From the NCBI RefSeq assembly GCF_030028105.1, contig NC_092384.1:29756546-29820545 (forward strand): 64,000 bases of DNA. The letters run 5' to 3'. The stretch is from Mobula birostris (Eukaryota). This document shows, one piece after another, positions 1 to 13,169 of the stretch. Within the stretch, counting starts at the first letter, position 1. Each line of letters begins with the position of its first letter. The notes beneath the pieces are model-generated. The model saw nothing but the letters and a program-made list of their open reading frames with translations, did not search any database and was not told where the DNA came from. The position numbers were made by a program, and so were the translations under genes.

Positions 1-1295
1 CCGGAGCAACAGGTCAACGGCAGATGCCATCTCTCTGACCCTACATTCCTCCTTAGAACACCTGGAGAATAAAGATGCATATGTAAGGCTCCTTTTCATT
101 GACTACAGCTCTGCCTTTAATACCATCATTCCAAATAAACTGATTCCGAAGCTCCGGAACCTGGGCCTCAGCACTCAGATCTACAGCTGGATCCTCAGCT
201 TCCTTAAAGACAGGACCCAGGCTGTAAAAATAGGGGACAATTACTCCTCTACAATCACTCTGAGCACCGGTGCCTCACAAGGCTGTGTACTCAGCCCCCT
301 GCTGTACTCACTGTACACCCATGATTGTGTAGCCAAGTTTCCATCAAACTCAATATATAAGTTTGCTGATGACATAACAATTGTAGGCCGTATCTCGGGT
401 AATGATGAGTTTGAGTACAGAGAGGAAATTAAGAACCTGGTGACATGGTGCAAAGCCAATAACCTATCCCTCAATGTCAGCAAGACGAAGGAATTGGTTG
501 TTAACTTCAGAAGGAGTAGCGGACTGCACGACCCAATTTACATCGGTGGTGCGCAAGTGGAACAGGTCAAAAGCTTTAAGTTCTTTGGGGTCAATATCAT
601 AAGTGACTTGACTTGGTCCAACCAAGCAGAGTTTACTGCCAAGAAGGCCCACCAGCGCCTTTACTTCCTGAGAAAACTAAAGAAATTTGGCCTGTCCCCT
701 AAAACCCTCAAAGTTTTTATAGATGCACTGTAGAAAGCATTTTTCTAGGGTGCATCACAACCTGGTATGGAAGCTGTCCTGTCCAAGACCGAAAGAAGCT
801 GCAGAAGATTGTGAACACGGCATAGCACATCACACAAACCAATCTTCCATCCTTGGACTCACTTTACACCGCACGCTCTCAGAGCAGTGCTTCCAGGATA
901 ATCAAGGACACGACTCACCTAGCCAACACACTTTTCATCCCTCTTCCCTCCGGGAGAAGGCTCAGGAGCTTGAAGACTCATATGGCCAGATTTGGGAACA
1001 GCTTCTTTCCAAATGTGATAAGACTGCTGAACGGATCCTGACCCAGATCAGGGCCGTACCCTCCAAATATCCGGACCTGCCTCTCAGTTTTTTTGTACTA
1101 CCTTACTTTCCATTTTTCTATTTTCTATTTATGATTTATAATTTAAATTTTAAATATTTACTAATTTTTTACTATTTTTATATTATTAATATTTAATATT
1201 TGTAATCCAGGGAGTGGGAAGTGCAGAATCAAATATTGCTGTGATGATTGTACGTTCTAGTATCAATTGTTTGGCGACAATAAAGTATAAAGTAA
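1..1295 (+). mobile_element. Rex1/Babar-clade non-LTR retrotransposon, 3' part (RT plus 3'UTR); starts before the window
   Basis: Translates to RT motifs ([68 protein letters not shown]) with frameshifts and stops; AT-rich 3'UTR ending AATAAAGTATAAAGTAAG. Confidence 0.85.
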
Positions 1296-1299
1296 GATA

Positions 1300-1565
1300 T
1301 GTCTCACTCATCTCCTTTAAATTTCTCCCTGTTACATTAAATCCATATCCTCTAGCACTTGGCATTTCTAATTAGGGAAAAAGATTCTGGCAGTCTACTG
1401 CCTCTCATAATTTATAAACTTGTATCTGGTCTCCCCTCAGCCTCTGACACTCCACTGTAAACACAAATTAATCCAACCTCCTCTTAAAGCTCTTCTCTAA
1501 TCCATGCAGCATCCTAGTAAACCTCTTCTGCAGCTGTTTGCAAAGCCTCCACATCATCCGGTACC
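1300..1565 (-). mobile_element. CR1 LINE 3' fragment
   Basis: ORF 1468-1671 contains LQKRFTRMLHGLE, the CR1 ORF2 C-terminus; boundaries approximate. Confidence 0.65.
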
Positions 1566-1874
1566 TAAGAAATATAAAGTAATATGCTTCAGTAACTACT
1601 ACCTGGTGGCTCTGACATTTACCATCACGAAGGCTGTTTGGGGCACACATTAACTCCAGACCCCCAGACAATCTGACCTACTGCAATTCACCACTGCTGA
1701 AGCAGGTCCACAGTGAAGTCCATTTCTCTAGCTCTACACTCACATCGGAACATTTGGACAGTAAAGATGTCGATAATAGAAAGGGAAGTAGTGCACATGC
1801 TCCTGTTTACATCAATGGTGCTGAGAGCTTCAAGTTCCCTCTGCATTACCCTCTACACCACTATTTCATCATTT

Positions 1875-2715
1875 CATAAAAAGTACAACACAGAAATAGG
1901 ACCTACGGCCCACCATTTAAACTGCCTACATCCATCAAACTGCACCGGGACCAAAGCCCTCCATACCCCTACCATCCATATACCTATCCAAACTTCTCTT
2001 AAACATTGAAATCGAGTTCACATTCACCACTTGCACTAGCAGCTTGTTCCCCACTCTCTGAATTAAGATGTTTTCCCTCATATTTCCCTAAAACTTTTCA
2101 CCTTTCACCCTTAATCCATGACCTCTAGTTGTAGTCCCATCCAACCTCCATGGAAAAATCCTCCTTCCATTTCCCCTATCTATACCACTCATAATTTTGT
2201 ATATCTCTACTAAATCGCTGCTCAATCTTCTACATTCCAAGGAATAAAGTCCTAACCTATCCAATCTTTTCTTATAACTCAGGTCCTCCAGACTCAGCAA
2301 CAACCTTGTAAATTTTCTCTGTACTCTTTCAACCTTGCTTGCATCTTTCCTGCAGGTAGGTGAGTAAAACTGCACACAATATTCCAAATTAGGGCTCACC
2401 AACGTCTAAAACAACTTCAACATAACATCCCATCTCCTGTACTCAATACTTTGATTTATGAGGCTAATATGTCAAAAGCTTTCTTCATTACCCTATCTAC
2501 CTGTGACGCTACCTTCAATGAATTATGGACCTATATTCCTAGATCCCTTTGTCCTACAACACTCCTCAGTGCCCGACCATTCATTGTGTAAGATCTACCC
2601 TGGTTGGTCCTACTGAAGTGCACAGCTCGCACTTGTCTACCTTACATTCCATCTGCAATTTCTCAGCCAGTCCAGATCCCACTGCAAGCTCTGATAGTCT
2701 TCCTCACTGTCCACG
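1875..2715 (-). mobile_element. CR1 LINE 3' fragment
   Basis: ORF 2088-2402: PNLEYCVQF...KVERVQRKFTR...LGLYSLE...TTRGHGLRV. Confidence 0.85.
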
Positions 2716-2789
2716 CACAAATACTTCTGTGTCCAGCGTCACTTTATGGATATACAACCAATTAAGGTACAGTACACAAGCTATCTTGT

Positions 2790-5700
2790 ATATTTCTGAA
2801 CTGTGGTAATTTCTGGATTGCTGCCCGTGCCAAGCGCCAGTGAGGGTAGAAACAGGATGATTTGGCAAATTAATGTGTGGCTGAGAAGCTGGTGCAGGGG
2901 GCAAGGCTTTGGGTTCTTGGATCATTGGGATCTTTTCTCTGGAAGGTATGACCTGTTCAAAAGGGACAGGTTGCACCTGAACCCAAGGGAGACCAATATT
3001 CTTGCGGGCAGGTTTGTTAGAGCTGTTAAGCAAAGATACGGTGCAGTTAGACTGTCAGGAAGGGCAGGGAGATGACAGGACATAATTGCAGCCAGCAGGG
3101 TGAGTATCAGTGCAATAGTGATGCAGAGTCAAAAAGGGTAGCAAATGCAGCACTCAAAGTATTATATCTCATTGCACAGAGTATAAGAAATAAGGTGGAT
3201 GATTTTGTTGCACTATTACAAATTGTCAGGTATGATATTGTGGCCATCACTGAATTGTGGCTGAATTATGGCTGAAGGATGGTTATAGTTGGGAGCTGAA
3301 TGTCCAAGGTTACATGTTGTATCTGAGGGATAGGAAGGTCGGCAGAGGGGGAGGCGTGGCTCTGTTGGTAAATAATGGCATTAAATCAGTAGAAAAATCA
3401 GTAGTAGATAGGATCAGAAGATGTTGAATCCTTGTGAGTTGAGTTAAGAAACTGCAAGGGTAAAAGAACCCTGACGGCAGTTATGTACAGGCCTCCCTAC
3501 AGCGGCTGAGATGTGGGCCAAAGATTACAACAGGAAATAGAAAAGGTGTGTCCAAAGGGCAATGTTATGATAGTCATGGGAGATTTCAAAATGCAGGTCA
3601 GTTGGGAAAATCAGGTTCGAATGGATCTCAAAACGAGAGTGAGTTTATTGAATGCCTATGAAATGGCTTTTTAGAGCAGTTTGATGTTGAGCCTACTCGT
3701 GGATCAGCTATACTGGATTGACTGTCATGTAACGACTCAGAGGTGATTAGGGAGCTTAAGGTAAAAGAACCCTTAGGAGACAGTGATCACAATATGACTA
3801 TCAAAGTTCAACTTGAAATTTGATAGGGAGAAAATAAAGTCTGACGTAGCAGTATTTCTGTGGAGTAAAAGAAATTATAGTGGTATGAGAGGAGCTGGCC
3901 AAAGTAAATTGGAAGGAGATGCTGGCAGGGATGACAGCAGAGCAGCAATGGAATGAGTTTCTTGGAAAAATGAGGAAAGTGCAGGATAGATGTATTCTAA
4001 ACATAAAGCAACACTGAAATGGCAAAATATTACAACAGTGGCTGACAAGGGAGGTCAAAGCTAATGTAAAAGCAAAAGAGAGGGCATACAACAAAACAAA
4101 AATTAGTGGTTAGACAAGAGTATTGGGAAGCTTTTAAAACCCTACAGAGAGCAACTAAAATAATCATTACAGAGAAAAGATGAAATTTGAAAGCAAGCCA
4201 GCAAACAATATTAAAGTGGATAGTAAAAGCTTTTTCAAGCATGTAAAAAATAAAAAAAGAGATGCGAGTGGATATAGGACCACTAGAAAATGAGACCAGA
4301 GAAATAATAACAGGGGCCAAGGAGATGGCAGATGAACAAAATGACTATTTTGCATCAGTCTTCACTGTGGAAAACACCAGCACTGTGCCAGATATTGAAG
4401 GGTGTGACAGATGAGAAGTGAGTGCAGTTACTATTACAAAAATCTCGAGACCTGAAGGTACAGAAGTCACCCAGACCAGATGAACTGCCCCCTAGGGTTC
4501 TGAAAGAGCTAATGGTAGAGATTGTGGCGGCATTAGCAATGATCTTTCAAAAATCATTGGATTCTGGCATGGTGCCAGAAAACTGGAAAATTGTAAATGT
4601 CACTCTACTCTTTAAGAAAGGAGGAAGGCAGCAGAAAGGAAATTATAGACCAGTTAGCCTGACCTCAGTGGTTGGGAAGATATTAGAGTCAATTGTTAAG
4701 GATGAGGATATGGAGTAGTTGGTGACACAGGACGAGATAGGACAAAGTCAGCATGGTTCCTTAACGGAAAATATTGCTTGACAAACCTGTTGGAATTCTT
4801 TGCGGAGATTACACATGGATAGATAAGGTTGGGGGGGGTGGGGGTGCAGTGGATGTTGTACATTTGAACTTTCAGAAGGCCTTTGACAAGGTGCCTCACA
4901 TGAGTCTGCCTACCAGAGCCCATGGTATTACAGTTACCGGCATGGTTAGAGCGTTGGCTGATAGGTAGAAACCATAGAAACTACAGCACAGAAACAGCCC
5001 TTTTGGCCCTTCTTGACTGTGCCGAACCATTTTTCTGCCTAGTCCCACTGACCTGCACACGGACCATATCCCTCCATACACCTCCAATCCATGTATCTGT
5101 CCAACTCATTCTTAAATGTTAAAAAAGAACCCGCATTTACCACCTCATCTGGCAGCTCATTCCATACTCCCACCACTCTCTGTGTGAAGAAGCCCCCCCA
5201 CTAATGTTCCCTTTAAACTTTTCCCCCTTCACCCTTAACCCATGTCCTCTGGTTTTTTCTCCCCTTGCCTCAGTGGAAAAAGCCTGCTTGCATTCACTCT
5301 GTCTATACCCATCATAATTTTATATACCTCAATCAAATCTCCCCTCATTCTTCTACGCTCCAGGGAATAAAGTCCTAACCTATTCAACCTTTCTCTGTAA
5401 CTGAGTTTCTCAAGTCCCGGCAACATCCTTGTAAACCTTCTCTGCACTCTTTCAACCTTATTTATATCCTTCCTGTAATTTGGTGACCAAAACTGAACAC
5501 AATACTCCAGATTCGGCCTCACCAATGCCTTATACAACCTCATCATAACATTCTAGCTCTTATACTCAATACTTTGATTAATAAAGGCCAATGTACCAAA
5601 AGCTCTCTTTACGACCCTATCTACTTATGACGCCACTTTTAGGGAATTTTGTATCTGTATTCCCAGATCCCTCTGTTCTACTGCACTCCTCAGTGCCTTA

Positions 5701-7500
5701 CCATTAACCTTGGTTTACCTATGTTCTACCTTGGTTTGTCCTTCCAACGTGCAATACCTCACACTTGTCTGTATTAAACCATCTGCCATTTTTCAGCCCA
5801 TATTTTCAGCTGGTCCAAGTCCCTCTGCAGGCTCTGAAAACCTTCCTCACTGTCTACTACACCTCCAATATTTGTATCATCAGCAAATTTGCTGATCCAG
5901 TTTACCACATTATCATCCAGATCATTGATATAGATGACAAATAACAATGGACCCAGCACTGATCCCTGTGGCACACCACTAGTCACAGGCCTCCACTCAG
6001 AGAAGCAATCCTCTACCACCACTCTTTGGCTTCTTCCATTGAGCCAATGCCTAACCCAATTTACCACCTCTCCATGTATACCTAGCGACTGAATTTTCCT
6101 AACTAACTCCCATGAGGGACCTTGTCAAAGGCCTTACTGAAATCCATGTAGACAATATCCACTGCCTTCCCTTCATCCACTTTCCTGGTAACCTCCTCAA
6201 AAAACTCCAATAGATTGGTCAAACATGACCTACCGCGCACAAAGCCATGTTGACTCTCCCTAATAAGTCCCTGTCTATCCAAATGCTTGTAGATTCTGTC
6301 TCTTAGTACTCTCTCCAATAACTTACCTACTACCGACATTAAACTCACCGGCCTATAATTTCCCGGATTACTTTTCGATCCTTTTTTAAACAACGGAACA
6401 ACATGAGCCACTCTCCAATCCTCCGGCACCTTACCCGTAGACAGCGACATTTTAAATATTTCTGCCAGGGCCCCCGCAATTTCAACAGGCAGCGAGGCAG
6501 CGAGTTTGCTGGTTGGCGGCCAGTGACGAGTGGTGTTCCACAGGGGTCACTATTAGGACGACTTTATGCTGTATATCGATGATTTAGATGATGGAATAGA
6601 CAGCTTTGTTGCCAAGTTTGCAGATGATACAAAGATTGATGGAGGGGCATGTAGTGTTAAGGAAACAGGTAGGGTGCAGAAGGACTTAGACAGATTAGGA
6701 GAATGGGCAAGAGTGGCAAATGAAATACGATGTTGGAAAATGAATGGTCATGCACTCTAGTGATAGAAATAAATGACAGACCATTTTATAAACAGGGAGA
6801 AATACCAAAAATCTAAGATGCAAAGGGACTTGGGAGCCCTTGAGCAGAACACCCTATAGGTTAACTTGCAAGTAGTCAGCGGTGAGGAAGACAAATGCAA
6901 TGTTAGCATTCATTTCAAGAGGCCTAGAATACAAGAGCAGGGAAGTGATGCCTCACCTTGAATACTGTGAACAATTCTGATTTCCTCATCAAAGATGTGC
7001 TGGCATTGGAGAAGGTTCAGAGGAGGTTCACAAGGATGATTCGGGGAATGAAGGAGTTATCATACAAGGAACGTTTGATAGCTCTGGGTCCATACTCACT
7101 GGAATTTAGAAGGATTGGCGGGGGGGAATCTCATTGAAACCTTCCAAATGTTGAAAGGCCTAGACAGACTAGATGTGGAAAGGATGTTTCCTAGCCTCCC
7201 CCACCATAGGAAAAGATAGCACAGTCTCAGGATAGAGGGGTGTCCATTTAAAACAGAGATGCAAAGTTTCTTTAGCCAAAGGGTGGTGAATTTGTGCAAT
7301 TTATTACCACAGGTAGCTGTGGAGGCCAAGACGTTGGGTGTATTTAAGGCAGAGGTTGATAGGTTCTTGATTGGACATGTGAACAATTACAGGGAGAAGG
7401 CTGGGGAGTGGGACTGAGGAGGGGAAAAAAAGATCCACCATGATTGAATGCTAGAGTAGACTCAACAGGCCAAATGGCCTAATTCTGCTCCTATGTTTAT
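2790..7500 (+). mobile_element. Long degenerate CR1 LINE (ORF1 esterase end, ORF2 endonuclease and RT), interrupted by a nested CR1
   Basis: ORF1 SGNH-like motifs (INVWLRSWC, DRLHLNPR), EN start (YLIAQSIRNK, VAITELWL), NYRPVSLTSVVGKILE, FQKAFDKVPH, KFADDTK; 3' tail near 7490. Confidence 0.85.
4966..6486 (-). mobile_element. Younger 5'-truncated CR1 LINE inserted antisense into the CR1 above
   Basis: Well-preserved ORF2 pieces at 6103-6450, 5774-6067 and 5235-5546; 3' tail TTTCTATGGTTTCTA at 4966-4980; host RT resumes at about 6487. Confidence 0.85.
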
Positions 7501-7859
7501 GGGCTATCTTATGTATTTATATTTATTGTGTTTTTTATTAATGCTTATCTTATTGTGTTTCCTTTTGTGCTACATTGGATCTGAAGTATCAATTATTTCA
7601 TTCTCCTTTACACTTGTCTACTGGAAATGCCATTAAACAATCTGGAAATCATATAAATAATAACAGATCAAGTCGAAGGGGTAGAATTACACAAGAAAGA
7701 TTAACCTTGGGGAAATATAAAAAGGGACAACAGAATCACCATCTCGAATCACCAATGATCGTACTCTTAAAATATCACAACAGCTTTTCAAGTCTGTAAC
7801 TGAATTTTTATGTTAAAATTTAGTGGAACACAAGTTTGAACAGAAACGTATATAAAAAT

Positions 7860-8185
7860 CAGAAAATGTCAAATTTACTCAGCATTCCAGGCAGCACCTG
7901 TCTGTTTTGTGGAGGTAAAAACTGACTTAATGTTTGAGATTCATGACCTTACATAAGATTGCACTCATAAAGCAAAAGTTAGATGCTAAAAATCCAGGGG
8001 GAAAAAATAGGAAATACAGTAGTAACACCTGAAGTGCTGGAGGAACTGAGTGGGTCAGACAGCATCTGTAGAGGGAATGCAGCATCTGCACAGTCTGAAG
8101 GTTCATGACCTGAAATAACAACTGTCCATTTCCCTCCACAAACACTGCCCGACCCATTCAGATCCTCCAGAACTTTGAGCATTGA
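7860..8185 (-). repeat. Penelope-associated terminal-repeat fragments
   Basis: TGCTGGAGGAACTGAG...CAGCATCTG motif shared with copies at about 24.6, 25.5, 31.3, 32.3, 33.2 and 39.8 kb. Confidence 0.5.
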
Positions 8186-8194
8186 CGATGAGCT

Positions 8195-10285
8195 TTATGG
8201 ATGATAGCAGAAGAGCAATGGCTGGAGTTTCTGGGAGAAATTCAGAAGACACACAATTGATACAAAGAAGTAGTATTCTAAAGGCAGGATGACACGACCA
8301 CAGCTAACAATAGAAGTCAAAAACAATATAAAAGCAAAAGAAAGGGCAAATAGCAGTGCAAAAAATTAGTGGGTAGTCAGAGGATCGGAAAGCTTTTAAA
8401 AATCAACAGAAGACAACTAAAAATGCCATAAGGAGGGAAAAGATTAAATATGAAGGCAAGTTAGCCAATAATATCAAAGAGGATACCAAACATTTTCTCA
8501 GATATATGAAGAGTAAAAGAGGGATGAGAGTAGATAATGGACTGCAGGAAAATGAAGATGGAGTTGTGGTAATGCAGGACAACGAAATGGTAGATGAACT
8601 AAATAAGTATTTTGCATCTGTCTTCACTGCAGAAGACACTAACATTATGCTGGATGTTCAAGAGTGTCAGGGGGCAGAAGTAAGTGCAATTGCTATTACT
8701 AGGAAGAAAGTGCTTGGGAAGCTGAAAGGTCCAAAGGTGGATAAGTCACCTGGACACAAATTGACTACACCCCAGGGTTCTGAAAGAGGTGGGTAGAGAG
8801 ATCATGGAGGCACTGGTAATGATCTTTCAAGAATCACTAGATTCCGCCATGGTTCCAGAGGAATGAAAAATGGCAAATGATTCTCCAGTCTTCAAAAAGG
8901 GAGGGAGGCAGGAGAAAAGAAAATACAGGCAGTTAGTCTGATCTCAGTGGTTAGAAACATGTTGGAGTCAATTGTTAAGGATGAAGTCTCAGAGTATTTG
9001 GACGCACATGATAAAATAGGCCAACATGGTTTCCTCAAGGAAAAATCTTGCCTGACAAATCTGTTGGAATTCTGTGAGGAAATAGCAAAGATCACTGACA
9101 GAGGAGAATCGGTGGTTGTTGTGCACTTGGATTTTCAGAAGGCCTTTGACAAGGTGCCACACATGAGGTTACTTTACAAGAGCCCATGGTATTACAGGAA
9201 AAATACTAGTATGGAAAGAGGATTGGCTGACGGGCAGGAGGCAGAGCGGGAATGAAGGGAGCCTTTTCTGGTTGGCTGCCAGTCATTAGTGGTGTTCTTC
9301 AGGTCAGTGTTAGGACCACTGATTTTTATGTCAATGATTTGGATGACAGAATTGATGGCTTTGTGGCCACATTTGCAGATGATATGAAAATAGTTGGAGG
9401 CGCAGGTAATGTTGAGGAAATAGAGAAGCTGCAGAAAAATTTAGACAGATGAGGAGAGTGGGCAAAGAAGTGGCAGAATACAGTGTCGGGAAGCGTACGG
9501 TCATATAGAGGAACAAAGCGTAGACTATTTCCAAAACAGGCAGAAAATTCAAAAATCCAAAGTGCAAATCAACTTGTGAGACCCTATACAGAATTTCCTG
9601 AAGGTTAACTTGCAGGTTGGGTCGGCGCTGAGGAAGGCATATGCAATGTTACCATTCATTTTGTGAGGATTAAAATATAAAAGCAAAGATATAACGTTGA
9701 GGCTTTATAAAGCACTGCTGAGGCCTCACTTGGGGAGGATCGTGAGCAGTTTTGGCCCCTTATCTAATAAAAGATGAGCTAACATTGGAGGAGGTTCAAG
9801 GAGGTTCATGAGAACGATTCTGGGAATGAAAGGGTTATCGTATGAAGAGCGTTTGATGGCTCTGGGCCTGCACTCACCAGAATTTAGAAGAATGAGGGGG
9901 GGAATCTCACTGAAACCAAACAAATGTTGAAAGGCTTAGATAGAGTGGATATGGATAAGATGTTTCCTGTGGTGAGGGAATCCAGGACCAGAGGGCACAG
10001 TCTCAGAATAGAGGGACATCTATTTAGAACAGAGATTAGGAGGAATTTCTTCAGCCACGGGGTGGTGAACCTGTAGGATTTGTCAAGCGACCATGGAGGC
10101 CAGGTCATTGGGTGTATTGAAGGTGGAGGCTGACAGGTTCTTGATTAGTCAAGGCATGAAAGTTTACGGGGGGGGGGAGAAGGTAGAATGGGATTGAGAG
10201 GCAAAATGGATCAGCCATGAAGTGGCAGAACAGCCCCGATGGGCCAAATGGCCTAATTCTGCTCCTATCTCTTATGGTCTTTATC
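8195..10285 (+). mobile_element. CR1 LINE, ORF2 RT region to 3' end, degenerate
   Basis: LNKYFASVFT, QHGFLKEKSCLTNLLEF, DFQKAFDKVPH, FADDMK; 3' tail CTAATTCTGCTCCTATCTCTTATGGTCTTAT. Confidence 0.85.
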
Positions 10286-10649
10286 ACCCTGAAAGTTGTT
10301 GGAATCTGGAATATACCACCTGAGTTGGTGGTGGAGGCAGAAGCTCTCACAACATTCTGGCATATCTAGACAAGCATTTACATCCCCAAAGCGTCAACCT
10401 AAGTGTTGGTAAATGGAATTAGTATCCAAGTATGCACCTGTTTCTGAAGGGCCTGTTTCAGTACTATATGGCTCCATGACAGCAGTCCTATATAGCTTTT
10501 AGAGAGTTTATATGCCAGTGAAAATGGAGTGATGTTAAGTTCAAGTACTGATTACAAAGCTAATACCCATTTACTCCAATTCTTATTGTTCAACGCCACA
10601 GAAAACTGATTTGGCTTGATTAACTCCTAAAAACTTCCATATTCACAAG

Positions 10650-11700
10650 ACCGAACACAGACCGACAGCATCGGATTTTCGGCACCAAGAGTTGCTGTGG
10701 GAAATGCGAGACACACAAGCGCCGACTTTAAACCACGGGAGGAGGCAGCGCGTTGAAGGAGGTACGGAGAAGTGGCCCTCACCTGAATTTCGATCAGTGT
10801 AATCCCCAAACTCTTTCTGCGGGACGGGGAGCATCGGACGCGCACCAGATACACATGTGGACGGCGAGAGGTCACTTCCGCCCGATGATCGCGTCGATTG
10901 CACGCGCCGTCACGTCCTTTGACGGAGGTCGCGAGCGTTGCGAGGCCGCCGCGCGCCCACGGACCGAGCCGGTATGCTGGCGCTCGGGTGCAGGTGTGCG
11001 CGGACACGGGCGCTGCTGAAGGAGGGCCCCGGGGTGCGGTTCTCGGTCGGAGGAGCCGCCCAAGCGCCCGGCGACGACGACCGGCTGCCCGTCATTCGCA
11101 TTCCTCAGAGGCTGCGGCTGCAGCTGCAGCTGCAGGAGAAGTTGGGACGGCCAGGGAGCGAGGCAACGGCGGTCAGGCTGGCTAGGCCCGGGCGCCTGCT
11201 CATTGTGGGCAAGCGGCCTCAGCTGAACCAGCACGCCGGCCACATTTTCAGCAAGTTCGACCAGGTGCCCCTGGTCTCCAAGGGCTGGAAGCACAGGAAA
11301 GCGGCCGGGGATTATTTTGTCATCAACAACACCCGCACCCAGCCGCCCGTCCTGCCGGAGGAGGAGGCGGCCGAGGTCAGGGGAAAGGTGCGGAGCTTCA
11401 GTTCGCTGGGGCTGTGTCAGGAGCTTTTGGACGCCCTGAGCACGATGGGCATCTCCCGCCCCACCATGGTGCAGGCTCATACTGTTGCGGCCCTGATGAG
11501 AAGGAATAACGTGCTGTGTGCCGCCGAAACCGGCAGCGGCAAGACTCTGAGCTACCTGCTGCCTTTAATGCACACCTTAATCTCCGACAGGGCCGAGACT
11601 GAGGCCGACTGTGACGGGCCGCGTGGACTGGTGCTCGTCCCGTCCCGGGAGCTGGCCGACCAGGTTCGGGAAGTGGCTCGATTACTGGCGAACAACCTGA
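10650..11700. promoter_or_regulatory. CpG island and probable bidirectional promoter; ETS site CACTTCCG at 10873-10880, CRE half-site CGTCA at 10908-10912
   Basis: Dense CpG in an otherwise CpG-depleted region; no evident TATA box; minus-strand splice donor CAG|GTGAGG at 10783/10782. Confidence 0.75.
10783..10860 (-). other. Putative non-coding first exon of the divergent gene (DUS2 expected by synteny); 5' end uncertain
   Basis: Strong donor CAG|GTGAGG pointing away from DDX28; DDX28 and DUS2 are head-to-head in human; no DUS2 coding sequence seen in the window. Confidence 0.45.
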
Positions 11701-12626
11701 ACCTCAACGTGCACACGATTGGGGGAGGCCGTGGGATTGGCAGCGTGAAACTGATCTTATCCCAGGGACCGATCGACCTCCTGATATCCACACCTGGAAT
11801 CCTGTGGAAGGCCTTGAAAAGAGACCTTGTCAGCCTTTATGACTTGACCTACCTCGTACTGGATGAGGCGGACACTCTGTTTGATGAAAGCTTTGTGGGT
11901 TTACTGGAGGACATACTCCACCAGACTCAAATTGCTTCAAATGTCTCAGAAACGCATGGGGTGGAAAGAAAAGCTCAGTTGGTGGTGACTGGGGCGACAT
12001 TCCCAGGTGGTGTGGGGAAACTTCTCAGCAAAGTCACTGATTTGGGCAGCATTGCCACCATAAAGAGCAAGGGGCTTCATTACCTTATGCCACATGTGAG
12101 GCAGAAATTTATGAAGGTGAAGCGGACTGATAAACTGTCTGACTTACTACAAATGTTGAAGGAGCTGAATGCAGAAAAGCCTGGCATTGGAATTCTTGTG
12201 TTTTGCAACAGTGCAGCAACAGTTAATTGGCTTGGTTATGTTTTGGAGGACCATGCTATCAAACATGCCCGGCTGCAGGGAAATATGCAGGCTGAAAAGC
12301 GAAGTGGCATCTTTAGTACTTTTCAGCAGGGTCTGATAGATGTACTGCTTTGCACAGACATTGCATCCAGGGGATTGGACACTCAGAGGGTGGAAATTGT
12401 AATTAATTATGATTTCCCACCAACTCTGTGTGATTATATCCATCGAGCTGGGCGGGTGGGACGTGTTGGGAGCAAGGTTTTAGGTACTGTCGTTAGTTTT
12501 GTTACACATCCCTGGGACGTTGAACTGGTGCAGAAAATTGAAACGTCAGCACGCCAGAAAGTGATGCTCCCTGGCTTGGAATCAAAAATCAGCAAATCTG
12601 AGAGTAAAAATGTACCAGATTTATGA
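10974..12626 (+). CDS. DDX28: Mitochondrial DEAD-box RNA helicase DDX28, 550 aa, single exon
   Basis: First ATG at 10974 (the track's 10938 start is TTG); Arg-rich N-terminal targeting-like peptide; LVSKGWKH signature; Q motif, AETGSGKT, PSRELA, TPG, LDEAD, GAT, TDIASRGLD, YIHRAGRVGR. Confidence 0.95.
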   Translation: MLALGCRCARTRALLKEGPGVRFSVGGAAQAPGDDDRLPVIRIPQRLRLQLQLQEKLGRPGSEATAVRLARPGRLLIVGKRPQLNQHAGHIFSKFDQVPLVSKGWKHRKAAGDYFVINNTRTQPPVLPEEEAAEVRGKVRSFSSLGLCQELLDALSTMGISRPTMVQAHTVAALMRRNNVLCAAETGSGKTLSYLLPLMHTLISDRAETEADCDGPRGLVLVPSRELADQVREVARLLANNLNLNVHTIGGGRGIGSVKLILSQGPIDLLISTPGILWKALKRDLVSLYDLTYLVLDEADTLFDESFVGLLEDILHQTQIASNVSETHGVERKAQLVVTGATFPGGVGKLLSKVTDLGSIATIKSKGLHYLMPHVRQKFMKVKRTDKLSDLLQMLKELNAEKPGIGILVFCNSAATVNWLGYVLEDHAIKHARLQGNMQAEKRSGIFSTFQQGLIDVLLCTDIASRGLDTQRVEIVINYDFPPTLCDYIHRAGRVGRVGSKVLGTVVSFVTHPWDVELVQKIETSARQKVMLPGLESKISKSESKNVPDL

Positions 12627-12721
12627 AAATTGAGGTCTTTACACTGACAGATTCAAGTTATGACTGTACCAATGTTTGTAAGTTTGGTTTTTTGAAGTAT
12701 GCTGCTTAAGTTGTTTATAAA

Positions 12722-12727
12722 AATAAA
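12722..12727 (+). terminator. Polyadenylation signal AATAAA of DDX28
   Basis: Canonical hexamer about 95 nt after the stop codon. Confidence 0.6.
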
Positions 12728-13169
12728 CTGTAATTCTTGAAGGAGATGAGGCAGTGCTTCACTTCAGAAAGTAAGAAAACATATTCTTTAAGAGCATAAG
12801 TCATGTCCTGAAGATGCAATGCTTTTGAATAAGATGTAAATGATTGGAGTCGGGGTGGGGTGGTGTTGATACTGCCCTGTCAGTTGAGGCATAATCAGAT
12901 CCATAACAATTTTAAAGATGATCAGAGACGTCTGCAGGTATCCTGATCAATATTGCCTTCCAGTATTGTCATTATCACATTGCCTTTTGCGTTAGTTTGT
13001 TGTGCATAAATTGGCTGTAAAATATTTCATGAAATATTAAAGCAAAAAAAGCTGCTGTTTAAACAACTTTATTTTTTTCTCAATACTCGGTCAGATTAGT
13101 ATCTTGGTACCGGGGTCAATGACTAGTGAACAAGTCGGTCAGAGGCAGAACCTGGATTCTGCATTCTGT

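Noticed and set aside
7706-7793. Possible minus-strand non-coding exon (TTACAG acceptor, AAG|GTTAAT donor)
   Set aside because: Weak polypyrimidine tract and donor; cannot be supported without transcript data.
10938-10973. 12-codon N-terminal extension of DDX28 in the ORF track
   Set aside because: It starts at TTG; the ATG at 10974 gives a suitable length and a targeting-like N-terminus.
11110-11135. GCTGCA-type hexamer repeat in DDX28 encoding RLRLQLQLQ
   Set aside because: Short in-frame slippage in a variable N-terminal region; no evidence of significance.
10627-11480. Antisense and alternative-frame ORFs in the CpG island (for example 10872-11480, 202 aa)
   Set aside because: Expected from stop-poor GC-rich DNA opposite a real CDS; no recognisable domain.
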